Of a stretch of 64,000 nt of DNA, positions 27,661 through 40,104 are shown piece by piece. The notes under the pieces were generated by a model. The model was not told the origin of the DNA. It worked only from the letters and a program-made list of their open reading frames with translations, and made no database searches. Origin of the DNA: Epiperipatus broadwayi. Taxonomy: Eukaryota > Animalia > Onychophora. The stretch is from positions 5,022,001 to 5,086,000 of the forward strand of contig JAQFVV010000006.1 in assembly GCA_028023455.1 (NCBI GenBank). Reading direction: 5' to 3'. How positions within the stretch are numbered: the stretch's first letter is position 1; every line of letters starts with the position of its first letter. A program made the translations under genes and the position numbers.

Positions 27661-28854
27661 ATTTATGTTATCATGTTTATTTATTAGACAAAATTCTATA
27701 AAAGGGTATTTAACTAGTGAATTACATTAAACTGTCTTAACAGATGAGTCTATTTGTTTCAATATGTGTTATTGTATCATATCTAATCATATGTTTAAGA
27801 CACAACTAACCATGCTTGGATGAAGTTATAATCAATATTGAATCTTGAGGGGGGAAAGCAACCTATTTACAGTTTAACCACAATTAACTAAAACTTTTTA
27901 CAAATGTAACTTTTTGATAACTCAGATATGGATGTAAATAATGCGGAAGTATTGAAAAATCCCCACAAGCTATATGTACACTAACTGTCAATAAATATAG
28001 GAACAGAATGGGCCATTTGTACTTTAGCTTGTATTGTATATAAGCGTACCATTTATTGATCATTATTTCAGTCATATCAAATTGATTTTGTACACTAATA
28101 GAATATCAAACTCTGAAAATTGCACTTTATAGATTGCAGCAATTCCTGTCTACATCTGCTACTCAATTGTCTATGAAATCCCAAGCAATAAGTTATTGGA
28201 TTGTTATTATTAACTATAAAATTATGATCGAAAATTTTAGACTAATCTTATCAACATTATTTCATCAGAAAAGAAAATCTTTAATAACATAACATTTGAA
28301 TTTTTGTCACAAATGTGAAAAAAAAATAGTTGATAAAGTAACAAGAAAAGAATTATTTGCAAATGAGTACAGAAACAAAGCTAATTTGCATAAAGTTTGC
28401 ATATTGTACACATAAAATCATTCCAATGAATGAGTCACAACAGGCTATGATTATCAGAAATTCATTTTCTCAAAAGTGCTTAGCCATTTTAATTTTAATT
28501 GCTATTAATTTATACAGCTTTACATTATAAGTGTGTTAACACTATTTAATATTATTATAATTTGGACAAGTGTAAAGCATAAATCTATAATTTCTTACTT
28601 AATTTGTATAATGTTTCTGTAGTACAATTTTCATGACACCACTATCCCACAAGATAGGGAGTGAAGAGTCCTCAGTCTCTACACTGGTGAGAATGGTGTA
28701 ATGAAAATTATACTACAGAAACATTACTCATAATTGGATAATCTCTAGTTTAATGAATGACTAATAAAAATTATTAATATACTTTCATTATGTAATTTGT
28801 GTCAAAGTTATGAGGGCAGCACATTCGACACATCAATTAAACTGAAATAATTTG

Positions 28855-28955
<101 letters not shown>

Positions 28956-28992
28956 ATGATAAAAATAATTGTAAAAGATTGTGGTGTCTGAG

Positions 28993-29034
28993 CCAACTGA
29001 CAAGTGCTAGACCAGTATGAAATATGTTTCTTGG
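28993..29034 (+). ncRNA. Hammerhead motif (family C), core CTGACAA
   Basis: CCAA-CTGACAA-GTGCTAGACCAGTAT-GAAA-TATGTT-TC-TTGG. Confidence 0.65.
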
Positions 29035-29326
29035 GAATCATAGATCTTTTTCACATGTCCTTGGTCATATTTTATGATCTCCTCAAAGTGTAAAAGTGGA
29101 TAGTCCTTACATTGTGTGAGAGTGGTGTGAGGAAAATTACACTACAAAAATATTATTCTTAGATAATTTCTAGTCTAATGAATGACTAAAAATTATTAAT
29201 ATGCTTAGTAATTTGTGTCAAAGTTATGAGGGCAGCACAGTTGACACATCAATTATAAACTGGAGTAATTTGCTATCTTTATATATACTGAACAATGATA
29301 AATATATGTGTAAAAGATTGTTTGAG

Positions 29327-29368
29327 CCAACTGATGAGTGCTAGTTCAGCAAGAAATATGTTTCTTGG
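29327..29368 (+). ncRNA. Hammerhead motif (family C), core intact
   Basis: CCAA-CTGATGA-GTGCTAGTTCAGCAA-GAAA-TATGTT-TC-TTGG. Confidence 0.75.
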
Positions 29369-29676
29369 GGATCATAGATTTTTTTCAAATGTCTTTGGTC
29401 ATATGTTTATGATTTTATCTCTCCTCAAAGTGAGGTTAGAAACCATTCCTTACTTTGTGTGAGAGTGGTGTAGAGAAAATTACTTTACAGAAACATTACT
29501 CAATATTGGAATATTGGATAATCTCTAGTCTAATGAATGACTAATAAAAATTATTAATATACTTTCATTAAGTAATTCGTGTCAAAGTTGTGAGCTCAGC
29601 ACATTTGACACTTATCAATTAAACTGGAGTAATTTGCTACCTCTATATATATACTAAACAATGATTGTGGTCTGAG

Positions 29677-29718
29677 TCAACTGACGAGTGCTTCTTCAGA
29701 AAGAAATGTGTTTCTTGG
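29677..29718 (+). ncRNA. Hammerhead motif (family C), core CTGACGA, stem II eroded
   Basis: TCAA-CTGACGA-GTGCTTCTTCAGAAA-GAAA-TGTGTT-TC-TTGG. Confidence 0.65.
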
Positions 29719-30383
29719 GGATTATAGATCTTTTTCACGTCTTTGATCATATGTTTATGATTTCATCTTTCATCAAAGTCTTAAAAGTGGTTAGAAACCA
29801 TTCCTTACCTGGTGTGAGAGTGGAGTAGTGAAAATTGCATTACAGAAATATTACTCAATATTGGATAATCCCTAGTCTAATGAGCGACTAATAAAAATTA
29901 TTAATAATCCTAATATGTATTTTTACTTTCCTTTTGAAGATAATAAATTAAGTAATAAACACGTGTACATGTGCTAAAGCATATATATATATATATATAT
30001 TGACTTTGTTTAATTTTAATAATTTTATTAAATCAATTTTGAATGAAACTTTTCTTCAGATAAGATCAACTCGAAGTCATATGTAATAGCTTTTAAATTT
30101 GAAAAGAAAATTATTTCACGGCGACAGTCGTTATTGATTTTCTAAAATGACCTTTATTTTTTTAAGATTTATTTTGCAAATTATTTTTAATATTTTAATC
30201 ATTGAAACAGAACATATATATTTGTAAAATTCATATTAATCCAGAAACAAATAGTTATAATCTAATATGAAGTTTCTATTATTGAAGTGATTGGAACTCA
30301 TATGCACAAACATATACACATCTACATTGTATAATAATTTACTGTAGCGTAACTATCTGAGCAAATAATATTATACGCGTCAA

Positions 30384-30454
30384 GCGTTGGTGGCCTAGTG
30401 GTTAGCATAGTTGCCTTCCAAGCAGCCGGCCCGAGTTCGCTTCCCGATCAACGC
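30384..30454 (+). tRNA. tRNA-Gly(TCC)-like sequence, probably SINE head or pseudogene
   Basis: GCGTTGG/TCAACGC acceptor stem; anticodon arm GTTGC-CTTCCAA-GCAGC; T-stem has two mismatches; shares GTCAA leader and TTTGCCATAT-A(n)-like tail with other copies. Confidence 0.7.
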
Positions 30455-30769
30455 TTTGCCATATAAAAAATAATAATATTATACGTGGGTGTATGTATGT
30501 ATATCATTCATAGATATAAATAAAGTTATTACGTTTGTTTATAACTCGTCAGATAAGAAGTTGAATAATCACCCCGCCCTTATTAACACTCTAAAAAATT
30601 AATGTATGCTGAATGTGCCTTTAAATATGGATTATGTAAATGTACACTAATTATGCAGATTATTCTAGGCATAATAAAAACTGCAGAAATTGAAGTTGTC
30701 CGTTACAGTAGTGAACAAAATCAGGGATGATCGTGCACGTACAAAAAAAAATGAATGTGTGAACATCTG

Positions 30770-30966
30770 TGTGATGTCTTACGATCCATGATGATTTTTC
30801 TATCATGACGTCATTCAAGGAATGACTGCGGAACTAGACTATTATTGTCTGCGGTATGAATGGTAACCATAACTAGTAAACAAATACTTTTTGATAGCGC
30901 TAATTCGTTCTTAAAATCATAACAAGTTTTTAGCTGGTTTGTTATTCTAGAGACTAAAACACTACA
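30770..30966 (+). repeat. 5' LTR (197 bp)
   Basis: TGTGATGTCTTACG...TAAAACACTACA; differs from the 3' LTR by 5 substitutions and 3 one-base indels (manual count). Confidence 0.95.
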
Positions 30967-30973
30967 CTAGTTT

Positions 30974-30990
30974 TGACGACGAGGATGGGA
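30974..30990 (+). promoter_or_regulatory. Primer-binding site complementary to tRNA-Ser(GCU) 3' end
   Basis: TGACGACGAGGATGGGA versus TGGCGACGAGGATGGGA (reverse complement of metazoan tRNA-Ser-GCT 3' end plus CCA); 1 mismatch. Confidence 0.8.
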
Positions 30991-31119
30991 TACACGAGAT
31001 ACAAAAAAATATATATTATATTTTAATTCAACAGTGTTCTTTATAATATTATTCTTAATCGTACGTAGGATGCCGAATATTTTTTTTTTACCCAAACGTT
31101 GTTTTCTATTGGATTTATA

Positions 31120-34100
31120 ATGGCAACTATTGGTTCTTTAGCATCTTTCGATGTTGACTCACTGCAAATGTGGGATACATATGCGTCACAGGTAAATTTC
31201 TTTTGTGAAGCTAATAATATTATTGCTGACGAAAAGAAACATGCAACACTCCTCGCTGTCTGCAGACTACGAACATTAAGTATTCTTCGTTCTCTTATAT
31301 CACCTGCGTTGCCTCATGACAAGTCATATCAAGAAATAGTAAATATATTAAAACAGTATTTTAATCCACAACCTTCTGTTATTTACCAACATTTTCAATT
31401 TCACCATCATTGGCAATGAGAAGAAGAAAATGTGAGTGCATTTTTAGCCGACCTTCGATGTTTGGCAGAGAGCTGCGATTTTGGTCTTTCATTAACAGAG
31501 CGTCTTTGAGATCAATTTGTCTGTGGACTTCGTGATGAAACTATACAGCGCAAATTATTGACAGAAGAATCTTTAACATTAGAGATAGCTATACAGTGTA
31601 GCTTAGCTGCTGAATCTGCATTGGTGCAGGTGCGTGAAATCCGTGCCACAAACACTCCCATGTCAACTGTTGATCTTATTCAGTGAAACAGATCAACCTT
31701 ACCTCGCAAAAATGTTTCTAGGTTTTCACTGTCTTCACAAACATCCCCTACACACAAAAGGAACATTGGTGCATCTCAATCAGGATTTCCACTTTGCTAT
31801 GGTTGTGGCAGTCAACACAATCGAGTGGAATGCCCTTTCAAGAAAACCAAATGCCATTTCTGCCAGAAAATAGGTCATCTACAGCATGTATGCCGAGCAA
31901 AACAACGCACTATTCCTGGATCTGCAAACCAATGCATGGCAGTAATGGAGACAGATGATGATGTAAGTCATATCCATGAAATACGCCGTGATGCTTCAAC
32001 ACCTAAATCCTCCGCACATGTGTACATTAATGGCAAGGAATGTAAAATGGAAATTGACTCAGGATCAGAATATTCTATTTTATCTTCTGACACACTATCT
32101 GAATTGTGCAATGGAAAAATACCTGAACTACATCCAGTAACAATTACATTATGAGATTTCCAGCACCACTCAATATCATTCAAGGGATATTGTGTTGTAC
32201 ATGTTCAATATGGTGTATATTCATGCCATCTACGCTTATTAATAACAGAGAGTCCCTGTACAAACCTGTTAGGACGTGAATGGTTCACACCTCTAGGTAT
32301 TTCATTAACTGGAGTCCATCTAATTACCGAACCATCTATTCAAGATATCATTAATGAATTTCCACAAGTTTTCAGCTCATCTATAGGAACTTACAAGGGT
32401 CCAGCTGTATCATTGCCAGTTGATCCTAAATTTCCCCCAATCAGACTACGAGCCCGGCCACTACCACTTGCTATGAAACCTAAGGTGGATGTTGCTTTAG
32501 ATACTCTGCTCCATGATGGGATCATTGAACCAGTGGAAAACCCTGTATGGACAACACCAGTAGTACCGATTCTTAAACCAACAGGAGAGGTGAGATTATG
32601 CAGTGACTACAAAGTGACAGTCAACAGAGCTCTTCAGAATCACCCATATCCTATACCTGCAGTACATCATCTTCTGACATCTCTTCCTCCTAGCTCTATC
32701 TTTGCAAAAATTGATTTAGCTAAGGCCTACCTACAACTTCCAGTTGATGATATGTCTGCAAACATACAGACAATCATCACTCATCGAGGAGCCTTCTGCG
32801 TAAAATGTCTACAGTTCGGAATCTGTGTTGCACCCGGAATGCTTCAATGCATTATAGACAATTTACTTGGAAACATTTCTGGAGTTTTTCCATATTTCGA
32901 TGACATATTAATTTGTGCATCTTCAACAATTGATCTATGTTCAAAATTATGTACTGTGTTTAAAAGGTTAGCAGACAGTGGATTGCGGGCCAATAAAGAA
33001 AAATGTGTATTTGGAGTAGATTCTGTGGAATTTCTGGGTTATACAATCGACTGTAAAGGCCTGCATCCATCTCCAAGTAAAACAACTGCAATTCAAAATG
33101 CTTGCTCTCCTAGGAACAAAATAGAACTGAAAGCATTCTTAGGTCTTATAAATTTTTATAACAATTTCCTTCCAGATCGTGCAACAGTAGCTGAACCTTT
33201 ACATCATTTATTACAGACAAATGCTACATGGACTTGGACACCACAACATGAAAAAGCCTTTCTTAAACTTAAAGAGGCATTGATGTCCAATAATGTTCTA
33301 GTTCCATTTGACCCTCACCAAAGCATTCTACTTACATGTGATGCTTCGCCTTATGGAGTAGGTGCAGTACTAAGTATGCAATATCCTGATGGATCATCTG
33401 CTCCAGTTGCTTTTGCTTCACGGACATTGTCTAAGGCTGAACGAAACTATGCACAAATTGATAAAGAAGCTTTGGCAATAATATTTGGCGTGAAACGTTT
33501 TCATCATTTCCTATTCGGAATTAAATTTAACATTTGTACTGATCATCGTCCGCTGCTTGGCATTTTTACCTCGGATAAACCAACACCAATAATTTTATCA
33601 CCCTGAATGCAAAGATGGACACACATCCTCAATGCATATTCTTTCAAACTGGAATATAAACCAGGAAAAAAGTTGCAAATGCAGACGCGTTGAGCAGATT
33701 TCCACTTCCATCAACCGAATGCGACAATCCAAACATGAATGGTGTCTTTTTCTTGGAGGAATTGGAAGATCCTCCTGTAACTGCTGAACAAGTTGCACAT
33801 GCAACACGAAAAGACTTTTTGTTATCAAGAGTAAAGAACTATATTTTCACTGCCTGGCCAAGCAGAACCACAGACACTAAACTTCAACCTTTTCTTATAA
33901 GACGCAATGAGTTATCAACACACAAAAACTGTTTGCTTTGGGGGTCACACGTAATTATTCCTTATTCTCTACAGAGAATTGTTCTTAACGAACTTCATTT
34001 GGGTCATTCTGGCATCGTGAGAACCAAAGCATTAGCAAGGTCATACGTATGGTGGCCATCAATGGATAGGGATATTGAGAATCTTGTGGGCAAATGCAAA

Positions 34101-35051
34101 AATTGTCAAGTCATAAGACATGCTTGCCCCCGTGCTCCAATTCACCCTTGGGAACCACCATCCACACCATGGTCACGACTGCACGTAGATTTTGCAGGCC
34201 CAATCGATGGGCAAATGCTTTTTGTTGTTGTTGATGCCTATTCAAAATGGGTGGAAGTGCACAGAATGCCTAAAACAACCTCAGTTGCAACAGTCACAGT
34301 ACTACGAGAACTATTTTCTACCCATGGAATACCAGAGTGTGTAGTTTCGGACAATGGACCCCAGTTTGTATCTTCAGAGTTTTCTACTTTTCTTGCTAGT
34401 AATGGAATTCACCATGCATGAATCGCACCTTACCACCCATCAAGTAATGGTCTTGTGGAGAGGGCTGTCCAGTCTGTGAAGGAGAGCCTAAAGCATATTA
34501 CTCATGGAAATTGGGAGCAACGTATTGCCCGATACCTTTTGGCTCAGCACATAACTCCATCTACAACTACAGGTTTGAGTCCAGCCGAAATGCTCTTTCA
34601 TCGACGCCTTCGTACATGCCTAGACTTCCTTCATCCGGATAGAGCCCCAAAGTCAGCACCATACAAACATCATCGGTTACGTGAATTCCAACCAGATGAC
34701 ACAGTATTTACATGAGCAGCAGGAAGGGGTTCTCCATGGATTCCTGCCATGGTAGAACAGCGTACAGGCCCTCTGTCATATGAAGTACGAACTGATCTGG
34801 GTTTACAACATAAGCACATTGATCAGTTGCGCTCAAGAACAGTGGACACTCTTCCAACTGTCTCATCTCCTGCTGAGGAAACACCACTTGCCCAAAATTC
34901 TCTACCCAGTGTGACATTGGAAAACACAAATAACCCGAGCTCAACACATTTCCATCCTACATCTTCAATTCAAACTCCAAAGGCTTACAGAGAACACTCT
35001 CAACGTCAACGCCATCCACCAGTGCATTTCAAGGATTATGTTACATACTAA
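31120..35051 (+). pseudogene. gag-pol: gag-pol polyprotein with 7 in-frame TGA stops and one frameshift (~33670)
   Basis: Two Zn knuckles CYGCGSQHNRVEC and CHFCQKIGHLQHVC; protease IDSGS; RT WTTPVVP, LCSDYK, DLAKAYLQ, YFDD; RNase H TCDASPYGVGAVL, YAQIDKEALAI; integrase HLGHSG..CKNC, HVDFAGP, SDNGPQF. Confidence 0.95.
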
Positions 35052-35062
35052 GGGGGAAGGAG
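35051..35062 (+). promoter_or_regulatory. Polypurine tract
   Basis: AGGGGGAAGGAG immediately before the 3' LTR TG. Confidence 0.9.
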
Positions 35063-35262
35063 TGTGATGTCTTACGATCTGTGATGATTTTTCTATCATG
35101 ACGTCATTCAAGGAATGACTGCAGGAACTAGACTATTATTGTCTGCGGTATGAATGTGTAACCGTAACTAGTAAACAAATACTTTTGGATAGTGCTAATT
35201 CAGTTCTTAAAATCATAACAAGTTTTTAGCTGGTTTGTTATTCTAGAGACTAAAACACTACA
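35063..35262 (+). repeat. 3' LTR (200 bp)
   Basis: Direct repeat of 30770-30966. Confidence 0.95.
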
Positions 35263-35439
35263 GTTTTGGACGTAATTATATATATATTCTAAGTAGTACA
35301 TATGCAGAAATATAGATGACTTAACTAATCTAATGTCTGATGAAGTGCATTTATTATAAAAAGATTTCCAGGTGTATTTGTGTAGTGTTTAATATGTATA
35401 TATTTGTTTGTGTCGAGTTAATAAACTCATCAGCTTTAA

Positions 35440-35664
35440 GTTTTATTGGATACAATAAATATTGATGTTTTCCTGAAAGTTTGTGACGATGGTGTTATGG
35501 TTGTATTTTTATATTTGACTATTTCCATCATGTAATACGCATATTGAATGTCTTTAGAAAAATTTTACTTTATTTAAATATTCCAACTAACCTATTTGAT
35601 GTCCTTAGATTCTTGATTATTGAATTTTTTAAAGTAACGCTCTAACCAACTGAGCCATCCTGCC
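35440..35664 (-). mobile_element. Family D copy with tRNA-like head; HHR segment deleted
   Basis: Minus: GGCAGGATGGCTCAGTTGGTTAGAGCG...TTCAATAATCAAGAATC, then family tail TTTTCTAAAGACATTCAA...CACAAACTTTCAGGAAAACA shared with 50150-50480. Confidence 0.7.
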
Positions 35665-36540
35665 AATGGCAATAGTCAGTAGAAATTTCATACACTTATC
35701 TATGAGGTTCCTCCTGATTTCTTCACTTTTTTCCTAAGAGCAAAGTTGATTAGTGATTTCCATACATTATGTATAGTCACACTAGGTTGGCTTATGGAAT
35801 TTTTTTCCATTGTCATGTGAGCAGCTTCTTTAAAGGTAGTAATGTCAATATTGTCCCTGTGTATAGCAGATTGAAACAGAACTTATATAAAGAAAATTGT
35901 TATCGCAGAAATAAGTAGTTATAATCTAATATGGAGTTTTTAATATTGAAATAATTGGAATTTTCATGCCCACAGATATACGGTATAATAATTTACTAAT
36001 TTACTGTAGCGCATGATGGAATCAAATTGTTACAGTTTTATTTACCATTGTCAAACTCACTCCACTCATATCTTCCTCAAACATTACTCATTCAAACTCA
36101 CTAACAATCAATAACCTCATAAAAATATACAAAGTGGTCCTTTTCCCAATATAAGAATTACTACATTTATTCTTTTCACACTCTGGTTTGTAATATGCTA
36201 TCTAAGTTTGATCTCAGATCTCACAATGCTAAATCACTCTTTTGAAAAAATAACGTTAAGATCAGAGATCAAACCCATGCACAACGTGATATTTTTGCAA
36301 TTATGTGGAATATGATCTCAACCCAGTGACTTGGCTATTGAATATACTAATTATTATATATATATATATTGATTGTTGTTCAATTATATTAACATCTGCC
36401 TTATTGCTTTTCTATATGAAATCTTTTTTTGTTTCAATAAGATTTGTAAATAATCTCTAATGTATATAATAAACCTAATAAAGTTAATTTAAAACTAAAT
36501 TTAAGATTCAATGTGCTTTACTTATTAAAATATATATAGG

Positions 36541-37235
36541 AGATTTGAAATACATGCATTCTTATATCCTGAAACGTAATTGTAAATATAAAGAATATGA
36601 ACTCAGACTTTTATGCAACCTTCAACTATCCACACTATCTCATATTACTGATACACATGTCTACACACACTGATATATGTATTTTGTGCTAAACCAGCAT
36701 TCATCAGTTGGTGCGTACACATTATCATCTCCCACACATATAATCAGTGCTCAGTTCATATTAAGATAGCAAATCTTCACACTTTAATGAACAGGCTTCA
36801 ATCTACTCCAGCTTCCAACTCTTCATCCATCCATATCATTGAAAATCTGATGATAGAATGCCTATATCCCATTCTGATGCCAATATTGTTGAACATGTTG
36901 ACCTTAAGCCACCCTGGCCCCTCATGTACAGGACAGTATCCATTTAAATATATAGAAGATGGATGGGGCAGAGTGCAGGCTTAATGTGTAAGATTTGAAA
37001 TACAGGCATTCTTATACCTGGAACTCAATTGTAAATATAAGGAATTTGAACTCAGACTTCCAAGTAACCGTCAACTATCCACACTATCTCATATTACTGA
37101 TACACATGACCACACACATGTAGAAAAGATAAATAATCACCAATATATATGTGTGTGGACATGTGTATCAGTAATATGACATAATGTGGATAGTTGAAGG
37201 TTGCTTGAAAGTCTGAGTTCAAATGCCTATATTTA
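36541..37235. mobile_element. Family B: 1.35 tandem monomers on minus (period 450) plus an inverted 85-bp arm
   Basis: AGATTTGAAATACA(T/G)GCATTC at 36541 and 36991; HHR remnant ~36671-36711; inversion junction at 37150. Confidence 0.92.
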
Positions 37236-37819
37236 AAATATATGTAGTTAAATATTTAAAAAATACAAAAAAATAAAAAATAAAATATAAAAAATAAATA
37301 TTTACACACATTACAATAATTTATTTTTTAACTGTTTAGAAATTAATCTAAAAATAAACATTGTGTTCTTAATTTATATCGGTGAAATGTTTTTTTCTTT
37401 ATTAGTTTTGATAAAGAAATATACAAATAAAACGTGTATTGTTAATTGATAGCGTATTTTTTAAAAGGTCAAAATAAATTTGATGTTCTTCATTTAGACT
37501 TTGGGATCTCGGAACTTTGGCCATTCTTTTCTTAAGAAAGTTGTTGAATTGCTCACTGGCTTACCATTGTTTGAAAGAAATGTGATTTTAACGATTTTTA
37601 TGCACATGTAGTTAATAGTGAAGAAAATGCTTAGAATTTTTTAGACTACAATGATCTTCTCAATAAAGTTGAAGCACATTTGTTGTGTTTGGTCTGGATT
37701 ACAGACCCAACTAACAGTAAATAATATAAAATAATACCGAACCAAGTATTATAATTTAATATATTTATTATGTACAAATATATACAAAAAAATATACAGT
37801 ATACAAATGCTTATTTATA

Positions 37820-38408
37820 AGTTGAATCTTGGAGTTTAACGTAACTCTTGCGTTCTGTCCGCCGCTTCCAGCCACACTTTATGGCCTGCCTCATGGGTAA
37901 GGTTTATGATTTTTCCAGCTATATAAGACAGCTTGACTCGAGCCAAGTGTGATCTTAGTAGTCTCTGTGGGACTTGCCTAGCTGTGTAGATCTAAATAGC
38001 ATAGTGCTATTAATGGGAATACTTGCTGCTGTTTGGGTTAGCAGAGTTTCCCTGGGAGAACGCATAAGCGTCTGTTTTAGGTTAGACACGTTCTTCCCTG
38101 ATTCTCACAAAAGGTTGACTATTTATACCCAGATCCCTGACCTTATTGAAAACCTTTGGATTCAGCAAGCATCGTTGCTCATTGGCTTGTAATAATCATT
38201 GGCTATGCTTTTATCTATACATCAGCCTATTTGCCTGGGGCAAACAATGCTTAATCCGATCAGATAAGGCGGCATCTGGAACAGTGCTTAATCCGATCAG
38301 ATAAGGCGGCATCTGGAACAGTCCACTTCTGTGAGAAGGAGGACTATAACAACATGGGTCAAATGCTATTATCAAGGAGTGGTGAGACATATTCCCTAAA
38401 CAGTTTGG
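37820..38408 (-). pseudogene. Decayed CR1/L2-like LINE ORF2 C-terminal fragment
   Basis: Minus translation KLFREYVSPLLDNSI...RLMYR...EQRCLLNPKVFNKVRDL resembles the post-RT region (LY..YVRP.LEY...Y..RL..L...RR...FKI). Confidence 0.45.
38248..38322. repeat. Perfect 37-bp tandem duplication
   Basis: TGCTTAATCCGATCAGATAAGGCGGCATCTGGAACAG at 38248 and 38285. Confidence 0.95.
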
Positions 38409-38660
38409 CAGGTGTTGCTGGCCTATATGCACAGTGACAATATTCACTTAGAAGTTGAACTCTCACCTTTAGATTCTTGAATATTGAATTTTAAGGCAAA
38501 CACTCTACCAACTATTCAATATTCAAGAATCTAAAGGTGAGAGTTCTACTTTTAAGCAAATATTGTCACTGTGCATATAGGCCAGCAACACCTGAAGAAG
38601 AGTGGAGAATAATACTATTTGAAACGTTGTGTAATTACTAACCTGAATAGTTGAACTTGT
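38409..38660. mobile_element. Family D head-to-head insertion; HHR-like motif 38588-38632 (+)
   Basis: 81-bp inverted arms 38409-38489 / 38514-38594; ACAC-CTGAAGA-A-GAGTGG..CTATTT-GAAAC-GTT-GTGT. Confidence 0.8.
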
Positions 38661-38682
38661 TGTATTTTTGTAAAAAGTATTA

Positions 38683-38874
38683 TACAAGTTTGTGCACTCC
38701 AGAAAACTAGAAAATATTAGGGAAAATTATTTAAACAAAGAATTTACATTAATTGCTATCGATACATTACAGAGAATTAACGTTAACTTTTAAATTAGAT
38801 TTACTGCTTATCAGTTCACAATCTAAATATCTTTCTCTAATATTTTCTAATTTTTTGGGGTGCACAAACTTGTA
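38683..38874. mobile_element. Tc1/mariner-type MITE
   Basis: Imperfect ~45-bp TIRs TA-CAAGTTTGTGCAC...AGAAAATATTAG / CTAATATTTTCT...GTGCACAAACTTG-TA; TA flanks. Confidence 0.75.
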
Positions 38875-39374
38875 TAATCATTCATCAGTTTAGATTATTA
38901 TTATTCAGTTCAGACAAAATGCAGAGTAAGCAACAAAATGATTGGTTCATTTTCAGTTATTTTTGAAAAGATATGTGACAGCAGTTTCAGTAATGTGCAG
39001 TGCTCTCAGTGAAAATGTGTTCATGGGCAGCAGCTGAATAGGCCCAAAGAGTTTGGGAAACTGGGGCTGGAGGAAACCTTCTAGATAGCAGCTAGATGTG
39101 AAGAGTTGATTTTCCAGTGGATTTCAAGGGAAGTTACCAAGAGGAAGATTGCAAAGATGGAAGCTGAAAAGAGCTTAAAGTGACAGTTGCAGTGCTATAT
39201 GATGAAACCAGATGTGTTTGTGTGCAGCTGAACTGGACTGGGGCCAAAGTGTTTAGGAAATTGAGATCCATGGGAACTGTTATTGAAGCAGCCAGTCTTA
39301 AAGTGCATCAAGGGAAATGAACCATAGGAAACTATAAAATATTTGGGTTGTGATTGTAGCAGACTGTTTACTAT

Positions 39375-39540
39375 TCTGATTTTATATATAGAGCTCACAA
39401 ATGAGCTCTTAACAAGCTTTGAGAATATCCTCAACCCCAGACCAGTTTCTGCTTCTAGTGTCATCAGTGAGGTGCCAGGATATTCAAGCATTATTAAATT
39501 ATCATGTGACATCTGACTTGAATTTTTATCATACTATTCT
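39375..39540. mobile_element. Family E fragment with inverted junction; HHR 39435-39472 (-)
   Basis: Minus CCTCA-CTGATGA-CACTAGAAGCA-GAAA-CTGG-TC-TGGGG; plus-sense arm CATGTGACATCTGACTTGAATTTTTATCA is the family 3' end. Confidence 0.8.
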
Positions 39541-39798
39541 GATTATATATTATTTTATTTGTCAGTATTTGGAAAATGTGCATTTTGAATACGCAGCAGA
39601 ACTGAACCTATTTCTAGCCTTTCTTTATTTGGGACATGCACACAGTTTATAAGTGGCTGTAATCAAAGAAAATAATTTCACTTTAGACTTTTTAAATTTC
39701 TAATTACAGAGTTAGTTAATTTCTATTTTATTTTTTTGAAATTTGTATTGAATATGAAAAAAGGTATATTTTATATGAAAAAATAAATTTGTAGTCAA

Positions 39799-39896
39799 GC
39801 ATTGGTGGTCGAGAGGTCAGTGGCAGCTGCTTTACAAGCAGTTGTCCTGAGTTAGTGGGTTCACTTCCAGGCTGATGCTATGACACATGAGAAAAA
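39799..39896 (+). mobile_element. tRNA-Gly-derived SINE
   Basis: GTCAA leader; GCATTGGTGGTCGAGAGG...GGGTTCACTTCCAGGCTGATGC; tail TATGACAC..A-rich. Confidence 0.75.
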
Positions 39897-39977
39897 TAAA
39901 TAAATTTGTAGCTGATCTTTATTTTGGCTTTTTAGTATCATTTTCATAGATGCAATGGAAGACATTTACAATTGAAC

Positions 39978-40076
39978 TTTTTTTTTTCAAGTGTCATAGC
40001 ATCGGCCGGGACGTGAACCCACAACCCGGGCAACTGCTTGTAAGTGCAGTCATGCTGACCTCTCGACCACCAATGC
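39978..40076 (-). mobile_element. tRNA-Gly-derived SINE
   Basis: Minus GCATTGGTGGTCGAGAGGTCAGC...GGGTTCACGTCCCGGCCGATGCTATGACAC-A(n). Confidence 0.8.
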
Positions 40077-40104
40077 AAGAACATATTTTTGTCTCACCTA
40101 CTCA

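Larger units (their letters stand above)
30770..35262 (+). mobile_element. Ty3/gypsy LTR retrotransposon, Mag-type, 4.5 kb, inactivated
   Basis: Two TG...CA LTRs, PBS, PPT, single gag-pol frame with order gag-PR-RT-RH-IN. Confidence 0.97.

Noticed and set aside
30384-30454. Functional tRNA-Gly(TCC) gene
   Set aside because: Two T-stem mismatches, altered T-loop, and flanks shared with degenerate dispersed copies point to a SINE or pseudogene
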